Assembly: GCA_045597705.1 (NCBI GenBank)
Contig: JAZLKR010000040.1
Location: forward strand, 7,409-71,408
Reading direction: 5' to 3'
DNA from: Acetatifactor sp.
GTDB lineage: Bacteria; Bacillota; Clostridia; Lachnospirales; Lachnospiraceae
DNA: 64,000 bases
In this document: one piece after another, positions 1 through 10,600 of the stretch
Layout: each line of letters begins with the position of its first letter
How positions within the stretch are numbered: position 1 is the first letter of the stretch
Made by a program: the position numbers and the translations under genes
Notes under the pieces: generated by a model
Database searches by the model: none
What the model was told of the DNA's origin: nothing
The model's input: the letters and a program-made list of their open reading frames with translations, nothing else

Positions 1-1661
1 ATACGGTGTGCGATGACAATGGTGGTCTTACCCTTGCGCAGGCGCAGGATATTTTCCAGAATTTTCTCCTCGGTGTCGGTGTCGACAGCGGAAAGGGAGT
101 CGTCCAGAATCAGTACGGGAGCGTTCATCAGGAAGGCTCTTGCGATGGAGCTTCGCTGCTTCTGACCGCCGGAAAGGGTAACGCCTCGTTCGCCGACCAG
201 GGTCTGATAAGCGTCGGGGAAGTCCATGATGTTGTCATGAATGCAGGCATCCTTGGCCGCCTGCTTAATGTCCTCCGAAAGCTCGGGGTGTTCACTGATT
301 CGCTCCTCCAGACCGAAGGCGATGTTTTCCTCCAGGGTATCGCTGAACAGGAAATTGTCCTGAGGAACATAGGCGATATTTCGGTGGAGCGCCTTCAGGG
401 AAATTTTGGTGATGGGCGTGTTGTCGATTAACAGCATGCCGTCCTCACAGTCGTAGATGCGCAGCAGGAGATTAGCCAGAGTGGATTTGCCGCTGCCGGT
501 TCTTCCCAGCACACCCAGCATTTCGCCGGGACGGATGTGAAGGTTGATATTTTTCAGTACCGGTTCCTCGGAATCGGGATAGGTGAAGGTCAGATTCTTG
601 AACTCCAGGTCACCGTTCAGAGTACTGTCTGCAGAAAGCTCGGGAAATTCGGGCTCCAGGATTTCGGGCTTGGCATCGAAGATGACTTTGATTCGGCCGA
701 AGGCTGCCGCAGCCTGACTGAAGGTGTTGATGCAGTCACCGCAGGCAATCATGGGCCATACCAGCATGCCGATGTAAGACTGGAAGGCAACGAACTGTCC
801 GATGGATACCTGGCCGGAAAGCACCATTTTGCCGCCGAATAACAGGGTCAGCAGAATGCTCAGGCCGGTTACCAGATCCAAAGCGGGACCGAAGACCATA
901 CGAAGCTTTACAACGGAAAGGTTGCGCTCCATGCATTCCAGACCGGCTGCCTCTATGGCGTCAAAGTCTTCCTTTTCCTGTACAAAGGCTTTGAGAACGC
1001 GGATGCCGGAGAGACTTTCCTGCACCTTATCGGAGAGACCGGAAAATGCTTCCTGTCGCTTGGTCTGGCGCTTTTTGGATTCAATGCCGTAGAAATAGCA
1101 GCCAACCGCAACCAGTGTCAAGGGGATGAAGGCCAGAATGGTAAGCTTGAAGCTGACATAGAATATCATCTTGAACAGCACCATGAAGGTCATTGCCACC
1201 GCATCGAAAATGGTGATGACCGCAAAACCTACTGCCATGCGGATGGCACCAAGGTCGTTGGTAAAATGAGCCATCAGATCGCCAGTCTTGTGGTGATTGA
1301 AAAATCTTGCGGAAAGGGTCTCGATGTGAGCGAAAAGGTCATTACGAATCTTTAATTCCACGCCTCGGGAGGCACCGATGATGAAATAGCGCCAACCGAA
1401 ACGGCCAATCATAATGACGATTCCCACAAACAGAAGCTTTAATAAAATGATTTTTACTTCTGCAAGACCAAAATTGCCCGCTGCCAGGCCGTCGATGACT
1501 TCGCCGGTGTACTGCGGGATATAGAGGTTGGCCAGATCGACGGCAGCCAACAGAATGACGCCGACGACATAATGCCATTTATATTGCCAGAGATAGGGCA
1601 GCAGGGAAAACTTTTTCCCCGGGCCCGTAACGGCATTTGGATTGTAAGAAGAGTTGTTCAT
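1..1661 (-). CDS. ABC exporter, fused permease/ATP-binding subunit (MdlA/YheI-like); 3' end runs off the window
   Basis: Read manually on the minus strand because it is absent from the ORF track (open-ended). MNNSSYNP..., TM region with TGDLMAHFTND, Walker A GRTGSGKS, Q-loop YVPQD, signature TLSGGQKQR, Walker B ILDD, H-loop IAHR. Confidence 0.9.
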   Translation of the reverse strand, partial: MNNSSYNPNAVTGPGKKFSLLPYLWQYKWHYVVGVILLAAVDLANLYIPQYTGEVIDGLAAGNFGLAEVKIILLKLLFVGIVIMIGRFGWRYFIIGASRGVELKIRNDLFAHIETLSARFFNHHKTGDLMAHFTNDLGAIRMAVGFAVITIFDAVAMTFMVLFKMIFYVSFKLTILAFIPLTLVAVGCYFYGIESKKRQTKRQEAFSGLSDKVQESLSGIRVLKAFVQEKEDFDAIEAAGLECMERNLSVVKLRMVFGPALDLVTGLSILLTLLFGGKMVLSGQVSIGQFVAFQSYIGMLVWPMIACGDCINTFSQAAAAFGRIKVIFDAKPEILEPEFPELSADSTLNGDLEFKNLTFTYPDSEEPVLKNINLHIRPGEMLGVLGRTGSGKSTLANLLLRIYDCEDGMLLIDNTPITKISLKALHRNIAYVPQDNFLFSDTLEENIAFGLEERISEHPELSEDIKQAAKDACIHDNIMDFPDAYQTLVGERGVTLSGGQKQRSSIARAFLMNAPVLILDDSLSAVDTDTEEKILENILRLRKGKTTIVIAHR

Positions 1662-1681
1662 AGCAGTTCCTTTATACATTT

Positions 1682-3238
1682 TTAGAAGATTCTGGTAGTC
1701 CACTTGGTGCAGTCCCAGACACTGGTTGCGAGGCCGTCATAGAATTCGGGCTCGTGGCAAACCATGAGGATGCTGCCCTTGTATTCCTGCAGAGCGCGCT
1801 TCAGCTCGTCCTTGGCATCTACATCCAGATGGTTGGTAGGCTCATCCAGCAGCAGGATATTGGTGTTGCGGTTGATCAGCTTGCAGAGGCGGACCTTTGC
1901 CTGCTCACCACCGGAGAGAACCTTTACCTGGCTCTCGATGTGCTTGGTGGTCAGACCGCACTTTGCCAGAGCGGAACGCACCTCGTACTGGGTGAAGCCG
2001 GGGAATTCCTGCCAGATTTCCTCGATACAGCTGTTGTCGGCCTTGCCGGACATTTCCTGCTCGAAGTAACCGATTTCCAGATAGTCACCCTGTTCCACGC
2101 TTCCGGAGAGGGGCTGAATCAGTCCCAGAATGCTCTTGAGCAGAGTGGTTTTACCGATACCGTTGGCACCGGTGAGCACGATTTTCTCGCCGCGCTCCAT
2201 GGTAAGGTTCAAGGGCTTGGACAGGGGCTCGGTGTAGCCGATGACCAGATCCTTGGTCTCAAAGAGAATACGGCCGGGGGTACGGCCAACCTTGAAGTTG
2301 AACTCGGGCTTGGGCTTCTCGGCAGCCAGCTCGATGACATCCATCTTGTCCAGCTTCTTCTGGCGGGACATTGCCATGTTTCTGGTGGAGACTCTCGCCT
2401 TGTTTCTGGCAACGAAATCCTTCAGGTCGGCAATTTCCTTCTGCTGCTTGGTGTAGGCAGCCTCCAGCTGAGCCTTCTTCATGGCATAGACCTCCTGGAA
2501 CTTGTCATAGTCGCCGACATAGCGGTTCAGCTCCTGGTTGTCCATATGGTAAATGAGGTTGATAACACTGTTTAAGAAAGGAATGTCATGGCTGATGAGG
2601 ATGAAGGCGTTCTCATATTCGTTCAGGTAGCGCTTCAGCCACTCGATATGCTCTACATCCAGATAGTTGGTAGGCTCGTCCAGCAGCAGAATGTCAGGCT
2701 TCTCCAACAGCAGCTTGCCCAGAAGAACCTTGGTTCTCTGTCCGCCGGAAAGCTCGGTAACATCGCGGTCCAGTCCGATATCCAGAAGTCCCAGTGCTCT
2801 TGCCACTTCATCTACCTTGGCGTCAATCATGTAGAAGTCATGCATAGTGAGCAGGTCCTGCAGGGTTCCGGTTTCCTCCAGGTAGCTTTCCAGCTCCTCG
2901 GGAGTGCAGTCGCCCATCTTGCCGTAGAGCTCGTTCATCTGCGCTTCCATTTCATACAGGAAATCGAAAGCGGAGGCCAGCACCTGTCGAATGGTCATGC
3001 CTGCCTGCAGCACGGTGTGCTGATCCAGATAGCCTACGCGGACATTTTTTGCCCACTCAATCTTGCCTTCGTCGGGCATCAGCTTGTTGGTAATAATATT
3101 CATGAAAGTGGATTTACCTTCGCCGTTTGCACCGATCAGACCGATGTGCTCGCCCTTCAGAAGGCGGAAGGAAACATCGTTGAAAATGGCGCGGTCGCCG
3201 AAGCCGTGGGTCAGGTGTTCTACATTTAAAATACTCAT
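1682..3238 (-). CDS. ABC-F family ATPase (YfmM-like translation factor)
   Basis: Two ABC cassettes (GANGEGKS, LSGGQ, LLLDEPTN; GANGIGKT, LSGGE, LLLDEPTN) and no TM segments. Start taken at MSILNVEHL after the gaggaag RBS. Confidence 0.9.
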   Translation of the reverse strand: MSILNVEHLTHGFGDRAIFNDVSFRLLKGEHIGLIGANGEGKSTFMNIITNKLMPDEGKIEWAKNVRVGYLDQHTVLQAGMTIRQVLASAFDFLYEMEAQMNELYGKMGDCTPEELESYLEETGTLQDLLTMHDFYMIDAKVDEVARALGLLDIGLDRDVTELSGGQRTKVLLGKLLLEKPDILLLDEPTNYLDVEHIEWLKRYLNEYENAFILISHDIPFLNSVINLIYHMDNQELNRYVGDYDKFQEVYAMKKAQLEAAYTKQQKEIADLKDFVARNKARVSTRNMAMSRQKKLDKMDVIELAAEKPKPEFNFKVGRTPGRILFETKDLVIGYTEPLSKPLNLTMERGEKIVLTGANGIGKTTLLKSILGLIQPLSGSVEQGDYLEIGYFEQEMSGKADNSCIEEIWQEFPGFTQYEVRSALAKCGLTTKHIESQVKVLSGGEQAKVRLCKLINRNTNILLLDEPTNHLDVDAKDELKRALQEYKGSILMVCHEPEFYDGLATSVWDCTKWTTRIF

Positions 3239-3366
3239 CTTGCTCTTCCTCTTTATATAAGTTTCTCTTGAAATAAGCGTTATATTATCATAATATAAGA
3301 AAATAAAAAAGTCCATGTAATTTCTTTGAGAAATATGCGCTTCGTGCGCTATTTGGAGATTTCGAT

Positions 3367-4773
3367 ATGATATTTACCGGAGTATTGTTTTTGTTTCGGT
3401 TTTTGCCCGTTTTTATCATATGTATGTTTTTGGCTCCCGGAAGGATGAAGAATGTCATCCTTTTTTTCGGCAGCCTTCTTTTTTATGCCTGGGGAGAGCC
3501 TTTCGGGTGCATTTTGCTCTTGGCAGGTATTCTGATGAATTACTGTCTGGCCTTTGTCATTGACAGAAGCAAGGACAAGCATCGTCGAATTCCGCTGGTT
3601 GCCGCAATCGGCATCAATGTGGGTATTCTGGCATATTTCAAGTACGCCGATGCCCTGATTGCCCTGGTGAACCGTCTGCCGAACAACGAAACGCAGGAAA
3701 AAGGAATGCCTTTCCCTGTTGGTATCTCTGTCTGGACGCTTCTCAGTCTGTCCTATTTAATTTCCGTTTATCGCAAACAGGTGAAACCCAGAGCGAACAT
3801 TCTGGAGTTTGGCACCTATATCGCTATGTTTCCCCTTGCCTTTGTGGGACCGATTGCGGATTATCGCAGTCTGGAGGAACAGCTCGGCTACCGTAAGCTT
3901 ACGGCGGAAGGAGTCAGCAGCGGATTGAAGCGGTTCTGCTTCGGCCTTGCAAAGAAGGCTCTGCTGGCAGACGCGCTGTTTGTACTCTGGCAGACGGTAT
4001 CCGGCTATGACCTGACCGGAATCAGCCTGCTCACCGCATGGCTTGGTATCATTGCATTCTGTTTTGAAATCTATTTTACCTTCTCCGGATTTTCCGATAT
4101 GGCCATCGGTCTGGCGCAGCTTTGCGGCTTTACCCTGCCTGAGAACTTTGACCATCCCCTGGTGGCTGCTTCCGTGACGGAATTCTGGAAGAAGTGGCAC
4201 TGTACCCTCGGCGCCTGGTTCGGCGAGTATGTCTGCCGTCCCATTTGCGGGAAAAAGGACAGTAAGTCCATGAAGCTGCTGGCGTGCCTTGTGTCCATGG
4301 GCTTAATCGGTATGTGGTACGGAACCGGTCTGCATTTTCTGGCCTGGGGTTTGTGGTTTGGTTTGTTCCTGTGCCTGGAGGAGCTGTTCCTCGGGAAGGT
4401 TCTGGAGGGATTTGTCCGTCCTGTGGGAATTCTCTACACGCTGGTGGTTGTGCTGTTCGGCTGGGTACTGTTTGCCTTCCACAGCTTCACTGACATTTCA
4501 CATTTCGGCAAGGCCATGATCGGATTCGGAAGAATCATCGACAGAGACGGCCTGTTTTTGCTGCAGGAATATTGGACTACATTGGCGGCGGCAGCCCTGT
4601 TTGCCACCCCGATTTTCTCGAGATTTGTGAAGAAGCTCAAGAGTACCGGAAACGGTTGGGACATTGCGCTGTATCGCCTGGGTGAGAAGGTGATTCCGGC
4701 AGTCCTTCTGCTGTTGTCCATAGCCTGTATTGTAGATGCGGCGGTCACTCCGTTCGTGCATTTCATGTGGTAG
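3367..4773 (+). CDS. MBOAT family O-acyltransferase (AlgI/DltB/PatA-like)
   Basis: Multi-TM protein with SLLFYAWG, FPVGIS, GPI, GLAKK, FSGFSDMAIG and FWKKWH motifs. Confidence 0.85.
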   Translation: MIFTGVLFLFRFLPVFIICMFLAPGRMKNVILFFGSLLFYAWGEPFGCILLLAGILMNYCLAFVIDRSKDKHRRIPLVAAIGINVGILAYFKYADALIALVNRLPNNETQEKGMPFPVGISVWTLLSLSYLISVYRKQVKPRANILEFGTYIAMFPLAFVGPIADYRSLEEQLGYRKLTAEGVSSGLKRFCFGLAKKALLADALFVLWQTVSGYDLTGISLLTAWLGIIAFCFEIYFTFSGFSDMAIGLAQLCGFTLPENFDHPLVAASVTEFWKKWHCTLGAWFGEYVCRPICGKKDSKSMKLLACLVSMGLIGMWYGTGLHFLAWGLWFGLFLCLEELFLGKVLEGFVRPVGILYTLVVVLFGWVLFAFHSFTDISHFGKAMIGFGRIIDRDGLFLLQEYWTTLAAAALFATPIFSRFVKKLKSTGNGWDIALYRLGEKVIPAVLLLLSIACIVDAAVTPFVHFMW

Positions 4774-4786
4774 GAGGTGACATGGG

Positions 4787-5905
4787 ATGAACGAGAGACG
4801 AAACGCAATTATAACAATCGTAACCATCTTGTTCGTGTTGTTTGCTTTCAGCGCGGCAAGTCTTGTGCAGCAGGAAAGATATTATTCCGCGACGGAGGAC
4901 AGAGTGCTGGAGGGCAAGCCGGTATTTACGGTAAACAGCTTCCTGAACGAGGACTTTGCAGAGCACTATGAGACCTATGTGAGGGACCAGTTTGTGAGCA
5001 GAGATAAATGGCTGTTCATCAAGACCCGCATGGATATTCTGGCGGGTAAAAAGCTGGTTCGCGATGTCTATCTGGGTAAGAAGGGACAGCTGTTTAATGT
5101 GCATCTTCCCGGAGATTATTCGGCAGGAGCCATGGATGCAAGTATCCGCTTCCTGGAGGAAATGGTGCAGAAACAGGATGCGAAGGTAATGTTGATTCCC
5201 TCCGCGGACAGCATTCTTGCCGACAGGCTGCCGGAGAATGCCCCCGTCTTTGCGCAGAGTGAGTACCTGGAGCAGGTGGTTGCTCGAGTAGGGGAAGAGA
5301 ATTATATCGATATTTATTCCGTTCTGCTGCGAAACCGCAGTGAGAATCTTTACTATGCGACGGACAGACACTGGACCTCCGAGGCGGCATTTCTGGGGTA
5401 TCAGACCTGGGTGGCCGCAATGGGCCTGAAGGAGTTCCCTTATGAGGTTTACGAGTGGGAGACGGCAACGGATTCCTTCCTGGGTTCCATACAGTCAAAG
5501 CTTCATCTGGATGTGAAGCCTGACAGCATTCGGTATCTGCCGGCTACGGACAACCGTCTGGTTTCGGTGGTTTATGACTTCCGCAGCGCAGAGGATTCTC
5601 TGTACAACAGGGAATGGCTGGAGACATCACACCCTTACGGCATGTTCCTGGATGATACCCATGTTTTCACGGAGATTACCACAAGCAGCAAGAGAGGCAA
5701 TGCCCTGTTTGTGCTGAAGGACTCCTTCGGCAACAGTATGATTCCCTATCTGCTGCCTCATTACGATAAAATTTATGTGCTGGATATGTATTCCTTCAAT
5801 GGTTCGCCCGTTGATTTTATTGAGCATTTCAGGGGAGAACATGACAGTCTGGATGTGCTGGTGCTCTGTGAAATTCCTGAGCTGCTTGAGCGCATCAGAC
5901 AGTAA
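4787..5905 (+). CDS. DHHW-family (AlgJ/AlgX-like) extracytoplasmic acyltransferase/esterase
   Basis: N-terminal TM, YYATDRHWT and KDSFGN motifs, directly downstream of the MBOAT gene. Confidence 0.8.
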   Translation: MNERRNAIITIVTILFVLFAFSAASLVQQERYYSATEDRVLEGKPVFTVNSFLNEDFAEHYETYVRDQFVSRDKWLFIKTRMDILAGKKLVRDVYLGKKGQLFNVHLPGDYSAGAMDASIRFLEEMVQKQDAKVMLIPSADSILADRLPENAPVFAQSEYLEQVVARVGEENYIDIYSVLLRNRSENLYYATDRHWTSEAAFLGYQTWVAAMGLKEFPYEVYEWETATDSFLGSIQSKLHLDVKPDSIRYLPATDNRLVSVVYDFRSAEDSLYNREWLETSHPYGMFLDDTHVFTEITTSSKRGNALFVLKDSFGNSMIPYLLPHYDKIYVLDMYSFNGSPVDFIEHFRGEHDSLDVLVLCEIPELLERIRQ

Positions 5906-5943
5906 GACGATTAGCAAGGACAAAATTTTTGTGAGGACAAAAA

Positions 5944-6594
5944 ATGAAATCGGTTATTTTTGATATGGACGGTATTTTGTTTGATACCGAGAAGCTCTGC
6001 ATGGACAGCTGGATTGCCACCGCAGATAAGTACGGATATCCTGACATGGATGTCATTTTTCCAAAGTGTATCGGAACCAACGCCAATGACAGCAGGCAGA
6101 TTGTGCTGGATCATTACGGTGCGGACTTCGGTTATGACGCCTTCAAGCAGGAGGCAAGCGTGTGGTTCTGGGATTATATCGAGAAGAAGGGCCTTCCCTT
6201 AAAGCCCGGTGTCAAGGAACTGCTGGCCTGGATGAAGGAGGAGAACTGGAAGATCGGTCTGGCTTCCTCCACGAAAAGAAGCTCTGTCATCCGATGTCTG
6301 GAGCTTGCCGGCATTCTGGACTATTTCAGTGTCATTATCACGGGAGACATGGTGGAGCACTCCAAGCCGCTTCCCGATATTTATCTTCTGGCCTGTCGGG
6401 AGCTGGGTGTAAACCCCGTGGGAACCTATGCGATTGAGGATTCGCCCAACGGTATTCGTTCCGCTCATGCGGCGCAGATGACACCGATTATGGTGCCTGA
6501 CATGATTGCCCCCACACCGGAGATGGAGGAGCTGTCCGATGTCATTCTCCCCGACCTGTTTGCAGTGCGGGAGCATTTGAAAACACAGGAATAG
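5944..6594 (+). CDS. HAD-superfamily phosphatase (subfamily IA)
   Basis: FDMDG motif I, LASS motif II, KPLPDIY, IEDSPNG motif IV. Confidence 0.9.
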   Translation: MKSVIFDMDGILFDTEKLCMDSWIATADKYGYPDMDVIFPKCIGTNANDSRQIVLDHYGADFGYDAFKQEASVWFWDYIEKKGLPLKPGVKELLAWMKEENWKIGLASSTKRSSVIRCLELAGILDYFSVIITGDMVEHSKPLPDIYLLACRELGVNPVGTYAIEDSPNGIRSAHAAQMTPIMVPDMIAPTPEMEELSDVILPDLFAVREHLKTQE

Positions 6595-6609
6595 AAAGGA
6601 ACATACAAA

Positions 6610-7464
6610 ATGGCAAATCTTGGAATACCGAAGAATACCATTGAGGTTTTACAGAAATATAACTTCAACTTCCAGAAGAAATTCGGACAGAATTTCCTGA
6701 TTGATACCTCCGTGCTGGACCGCATCATTGCGGCTGCGGACATCACAAAGGATGACTGCGTGCTGGAAATCGGTCCCGGTATCGGCACCATGACCCAGTA
6801 CCTGGCGGAGAGTGCCAGAGAGGTTATCGCCGTGGAAATCGATAAGAACCTGATTCCCATTCTGGAGGATACCCTGTCCGCGTACGACAATGTCACTGTC
6901 ATCAATGACGATATTCTGAAGGTGGATGTGGCAAAGCTGGCCGAGGAGAAAAACGGCGGCCGCCCCATCAAGGTAGTGGCAAACCTGCCCTACTATATTA
7001 CAACGCCCATCATCATGGGACTGTTTGAGAATCATGTACCCTTGAAGAGCATTACCATCATGGTACAGAAGGAGGTTGCGGACCGCATGCAGGTCGGCCC
7101 CGGCACCAAGGATTACGGTGCACTTTCCCTGGCGGTGCAGTATTATGCAAGCCCTAAGATTGTGGCAAATGTGCCCCCCAACTGCTTTATGCCCAGGCCT
7201 AATGTGGGCAGCGCGGTCATTCGACTGGACCGCTATGAGCAGCCCCCCGTGCAGGTAGACGATGAGAAGAAGATGTTCTCCCTCATCAGAGCTTCCTTCA
7301 ATCAGCGCAGAAAGACGCTGGTAAACGGCCTCGGCAATGCTGCAGAACTGAAGATTTCCAAGGAGCGCGTGGCAGAGGTGCTGGAGGAAATGCAGCTTTC
7401 TCCCACTGTTCGCGGCGAGGCTCTGACACTGGAGCAGTTTGCACAGCTTTCCAATCTTTTGTAG
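6610..7464 (+). CDS. rsmA: 16S rRNA m6(2)A dimethyltransferase
   Basis: KKFGQNFL, EIGPGIG, VANLPYYIT, QRRKTL motifs. Confidence 0.97.
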   Translation: MANLGIPKNTIEVLQKYNFNFQKKFGQNFLIDTSVLDRIIAAADITKDDCVLEIGPGIGTMTQYLAESAREVIAVEIDKNLIPILEDTLSAYDNVTVINDDILKVDVAKLAEEKNGGRPIKVVANLPYYITTPIIMGLFENHVPLKSITIMVQKEVADRMQVGPGTKDYGALSLAVQYYASPKIVANVPPNCFMPRPNVGSAVIRLDRYEQPPVQVDDEKKMFSLIRASFNQRRKTLVNGLGNAAELKISKERVAEVLEEMQLSPTVRGEALTLEQFAQLSNLL

Positions 7465-7501
7465 ACTGTTTCCCGTGAAAAATTGAATCGAAATCCTTCA
7501 C

Positions 7502-7533
7502 ATCCCCCTTCAAAAAAGGGGGATTATTTTTTT
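7502..7533 (+). terminator. Rho-independent terminator after rsmA
   Basis: ATCCCCCT...AGGGGGAT stem followed by a T-tract. Confidence 0.65.
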
Positions 7534-7560
7534 GACATCGACAGGGCAATATGGTAGACT
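7532..7560 (+). promoter_or_regulatory. SigA-type promoter
   Basis: TTGACA-17bp-TAGACT with an extended TG. The ORF-track start at 7532 is really this -35 box. Confidence 0.7.
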
Positions 7561-7612
7561 TGTAATAATAGTGGGTAACTATACTTATGAGCAGATTAGG
7601 AGCGAAAACACC

Positions 7613-10600
7613 TTGGATAAGTATGAATATAAAGTAAGAGCAGACGAAATAAAGGCATTGATTACGGCCGGTGATTATGCACAGGCGGCAGAAATCGCAG
7701 ACACCATCGACTGGCGCAGAGTCAAGAGCGTCATGATGCTTTGCACCATCAGTGATCTGTACAAGATTAACAAGCGTTATGAGGATGCAAAAGCATTGCT
7801 TCTTCTGGCATACGAGAGAAGACCCGGCGGAAAGACCATCTGCTATTCTCTTTGTGAACTGTGTCTGAAGACGGAAGAATATGTTCGCGCAGTGAACTAT
7901 TACAAGGAATATGTGCAGGCAGCGCCCAGCGACCCCGGAAGATACATTCTCCAGTACAAGCTTTACGAGGCACAGGAGGTAGGTCTTGACGAGAGAATCA
8001 AGGTTCTCGAGGAGTTAAAGGCAAAGGACTACCGTGAAAAATGGGCATACGAGCTGGCATATCTTTACCATAAGGTTGGTGAGGCCGGCAAATGTGTTGA
8101 CGAATGTGATGAACTGATTCTTTGGTTCGGTGAAGGCAAATATGTCTGGAAGGCAATGGAGCTGAAGATGCAGCATGAGCCCTTGAGCGAGTCTCAGCAG
8201 GAAAAGTACGATCATCGCTTTGACGAGCCCGCAGAACTTCCCGTGGAAGAGCAGCCCGCAGAGGAGGTACTTCCCGAGGGCTATGCAGATGCAGGTGTGG
8301 GTGAGCTTCCCGGTGAATTCGACACCCCCGCAGAACCTGCAGAGGAGCAGGCTCCCGCAGAGGAAACTACGGAAGAACCCGAGCTCGATATCATGGTAAA
8401 GACCATGGAGTTCGGCCAGTACAATACCATCAACCTGCAGGCAGAGCTTGCGGAAGGCTTGAAGGCTGTTTTGGACGAGGAGCAGAGAAGCAAGCTTGCA
8501 GAGCAGCTTCTCCCCGATGAAACAACGGACGCAGAGGAGACAGAAGCACTTCCCGAAGAGGAATATCCTGCAGAGGAAATTCCCGCGGAGGAAGAGGCAG
8601 CTGCGGAGGAAACCGATCTGGAGGCTACCAGAATCTTCAATCCTGCTGATGTCAATAAGGCTGTCGAGGCACTGCAGAATCAGGAAGCGGTTTCCACCGA
8701 TACCATGATTATGCCTCTGCCCGATGAAATGAACGGCGAAATGATTGAGCAGGAGGATATTCCTCAGGAGACAGAGGTTTACCTTGCTACCGAGGAAATC
8801 CCTACAGAGGAAATTGAAGAAGCAATCGAGGACGGACAGGAGTACGCTGTCGATGAGTATGGCGAGCCTGTTTACGAGGAAGAATATACTGACGAATACG
8901 CATCCGACGAGTATGTATCCGAGGAAGAATATGTGCCCGAAGGCGAGTATGCATCGGAAGAGTACTCCGATGAGTATTACGCAGAGGAAGAGCCTGTATC
9001 CGGCGGAATGGTAGAGCTGGTATATCAGGAGGAAGCAACCAAAGTAATTCCCGTGAAGGAAATTCACGCAGCATTGGGCGAAGAGCCTGAGGAGGCTGCT
9101 GAAGAAACCGCTGAAAAAACTGTTGAAGAAACTGCAGAGGAAGAAAAGCCTGAGCTGTTCATGGAGGGTATGGATCCCGCCGAGGCAGCAGCCATGATTA
9201 TGAAACAGATGCGTGAGGAGACACTTGCACGCACGGAGAAGCAGGCTATGACCGCTCAGCCTCCCAAGGAGATGGCGGAGGTACTGTCTCAGGAGTCCGA
9301 TGGCCAGATCAGTCTTGTGGTTCCCGATGAGCAGAAGGCAATTGAGGAACAGATTACCGGCCAGATCAGCATTGATGAAGTTCTGGACGAGTGGGAGCGC
9401 ATCAAGCAGGAGAATGCTGAGAAGCACAAGGAAGAAATGAGACAGCATGTGCTGGAAGAGACCGGCACCATGTTTACGGAATTTGATATCGCCATTCGCG
9501 ACGGCATCTTAGAGCAACTCGAGAGCGGCAAGTCCGCAAAGGAAGTGCTTGGAGATGCAGCGGTGGAGGAGTTCGAAGAGGCAGAAGAAGCTGCAGAGGA
9601 AGCTGTTGCAGAGATTCCTGCGGAACCCATTGAAGTAGAGGCACCCGTATCCATCGCTCAGGAAGAGACAGAGGAAGAAGATACGGTTGATTTTGAGACT
9701 CCTACCGAGTGGGACAGCTTCACGGATGATGAAGCAGAGGAAGCACCTCTGACAGAAGCAGAGAAAGAGGTTACCGAAGACTGGGAAACCACCGATTACG
9801 GTGAGGTAGAGGAAATTGCCGAAATCGAGGAGGTTACCGAGGAAGCAGCTGAGGAAGTACCCGAGGAAATGACGGAGGAGGCTGCCGAGGAGGAGACCTT
9901 TGAGGAAGAAATTCCCGAAGAGGAGATTCCTGAGGAAGAAACCGCCGAGGAAGAAATTGTAGAAGAAATCGCAGAAGAAGCCGTTGAAGAAGTGACGGAA
10001 GAAGCTACTGAAGAGGCTGAAGAAGCTGAGGCACCTGCGGAAGAGGAAGCACACTTCGGTTTCGTAGATGAGCTGGAGGATGCCGAGGAGACTGTCGCAG
10101 AGACAGAGGAAACTTCTGAGGAAGAGCCCGCTGAGGAAGCAGAGGAAACTCCTGCAGAGGCAGAAGCAGAACCTGTAAAATCCGGCCTGACCGGAAGTTC
10201 AGCTCCCACCAGAAAGCCCGTGGAGCGTGAAAAGGCAAAGGTAAGAGCGCTGACCCACGAGGAGAAGGAGCTCTACTCCGACTTTATCCAGAGCAGAACA
10301 GACCGCGAGAAGCTGGTAAGAGCCATCGATGCCATCAGTATGGCACCCTACACCGGCAATGTGATTATCACCGGTGACGAGGGCATGGATACTCTGACAC
10401 TTGCCAAGAACATGATTCGTGAAGTTCAGATGACTGACAGCAATTTCTCCGGCAAGGTTGCTAAGATTTCCGGACAGGGAATGAACAAGAAGAATGTCGC
10501 AGAAACCTTAGAGCATCTGAAGAACGGTGCGCTGATTATTCAGAAGGCATCCGGCATGAATGACGGTTCCATCCACAGCCTGTACAGAGCATTGCAGCAG

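Noticed and set aside
6-1092. Plus-strand ORFs at the window start
   Set aside because: Antisense shadows of the minus-strand ABC exporter.
1682-3238. ABC-F as an antibiotic-resistance (ARE) determinant
   Set aside because: The sequence resembles the housekeeping YfmM-type subfamily, and no leader or attenuator is evident.
7532-7612. ORF-track N-terminal extension of the 1151-aa protein
   Set aside because: The TTG at 7532 is the -35 box. The RBS supports a start at 7613. Similar over-long starts were trimmed for ABC-F, trxA, hprK, rapZ, HPr, glpK and others.
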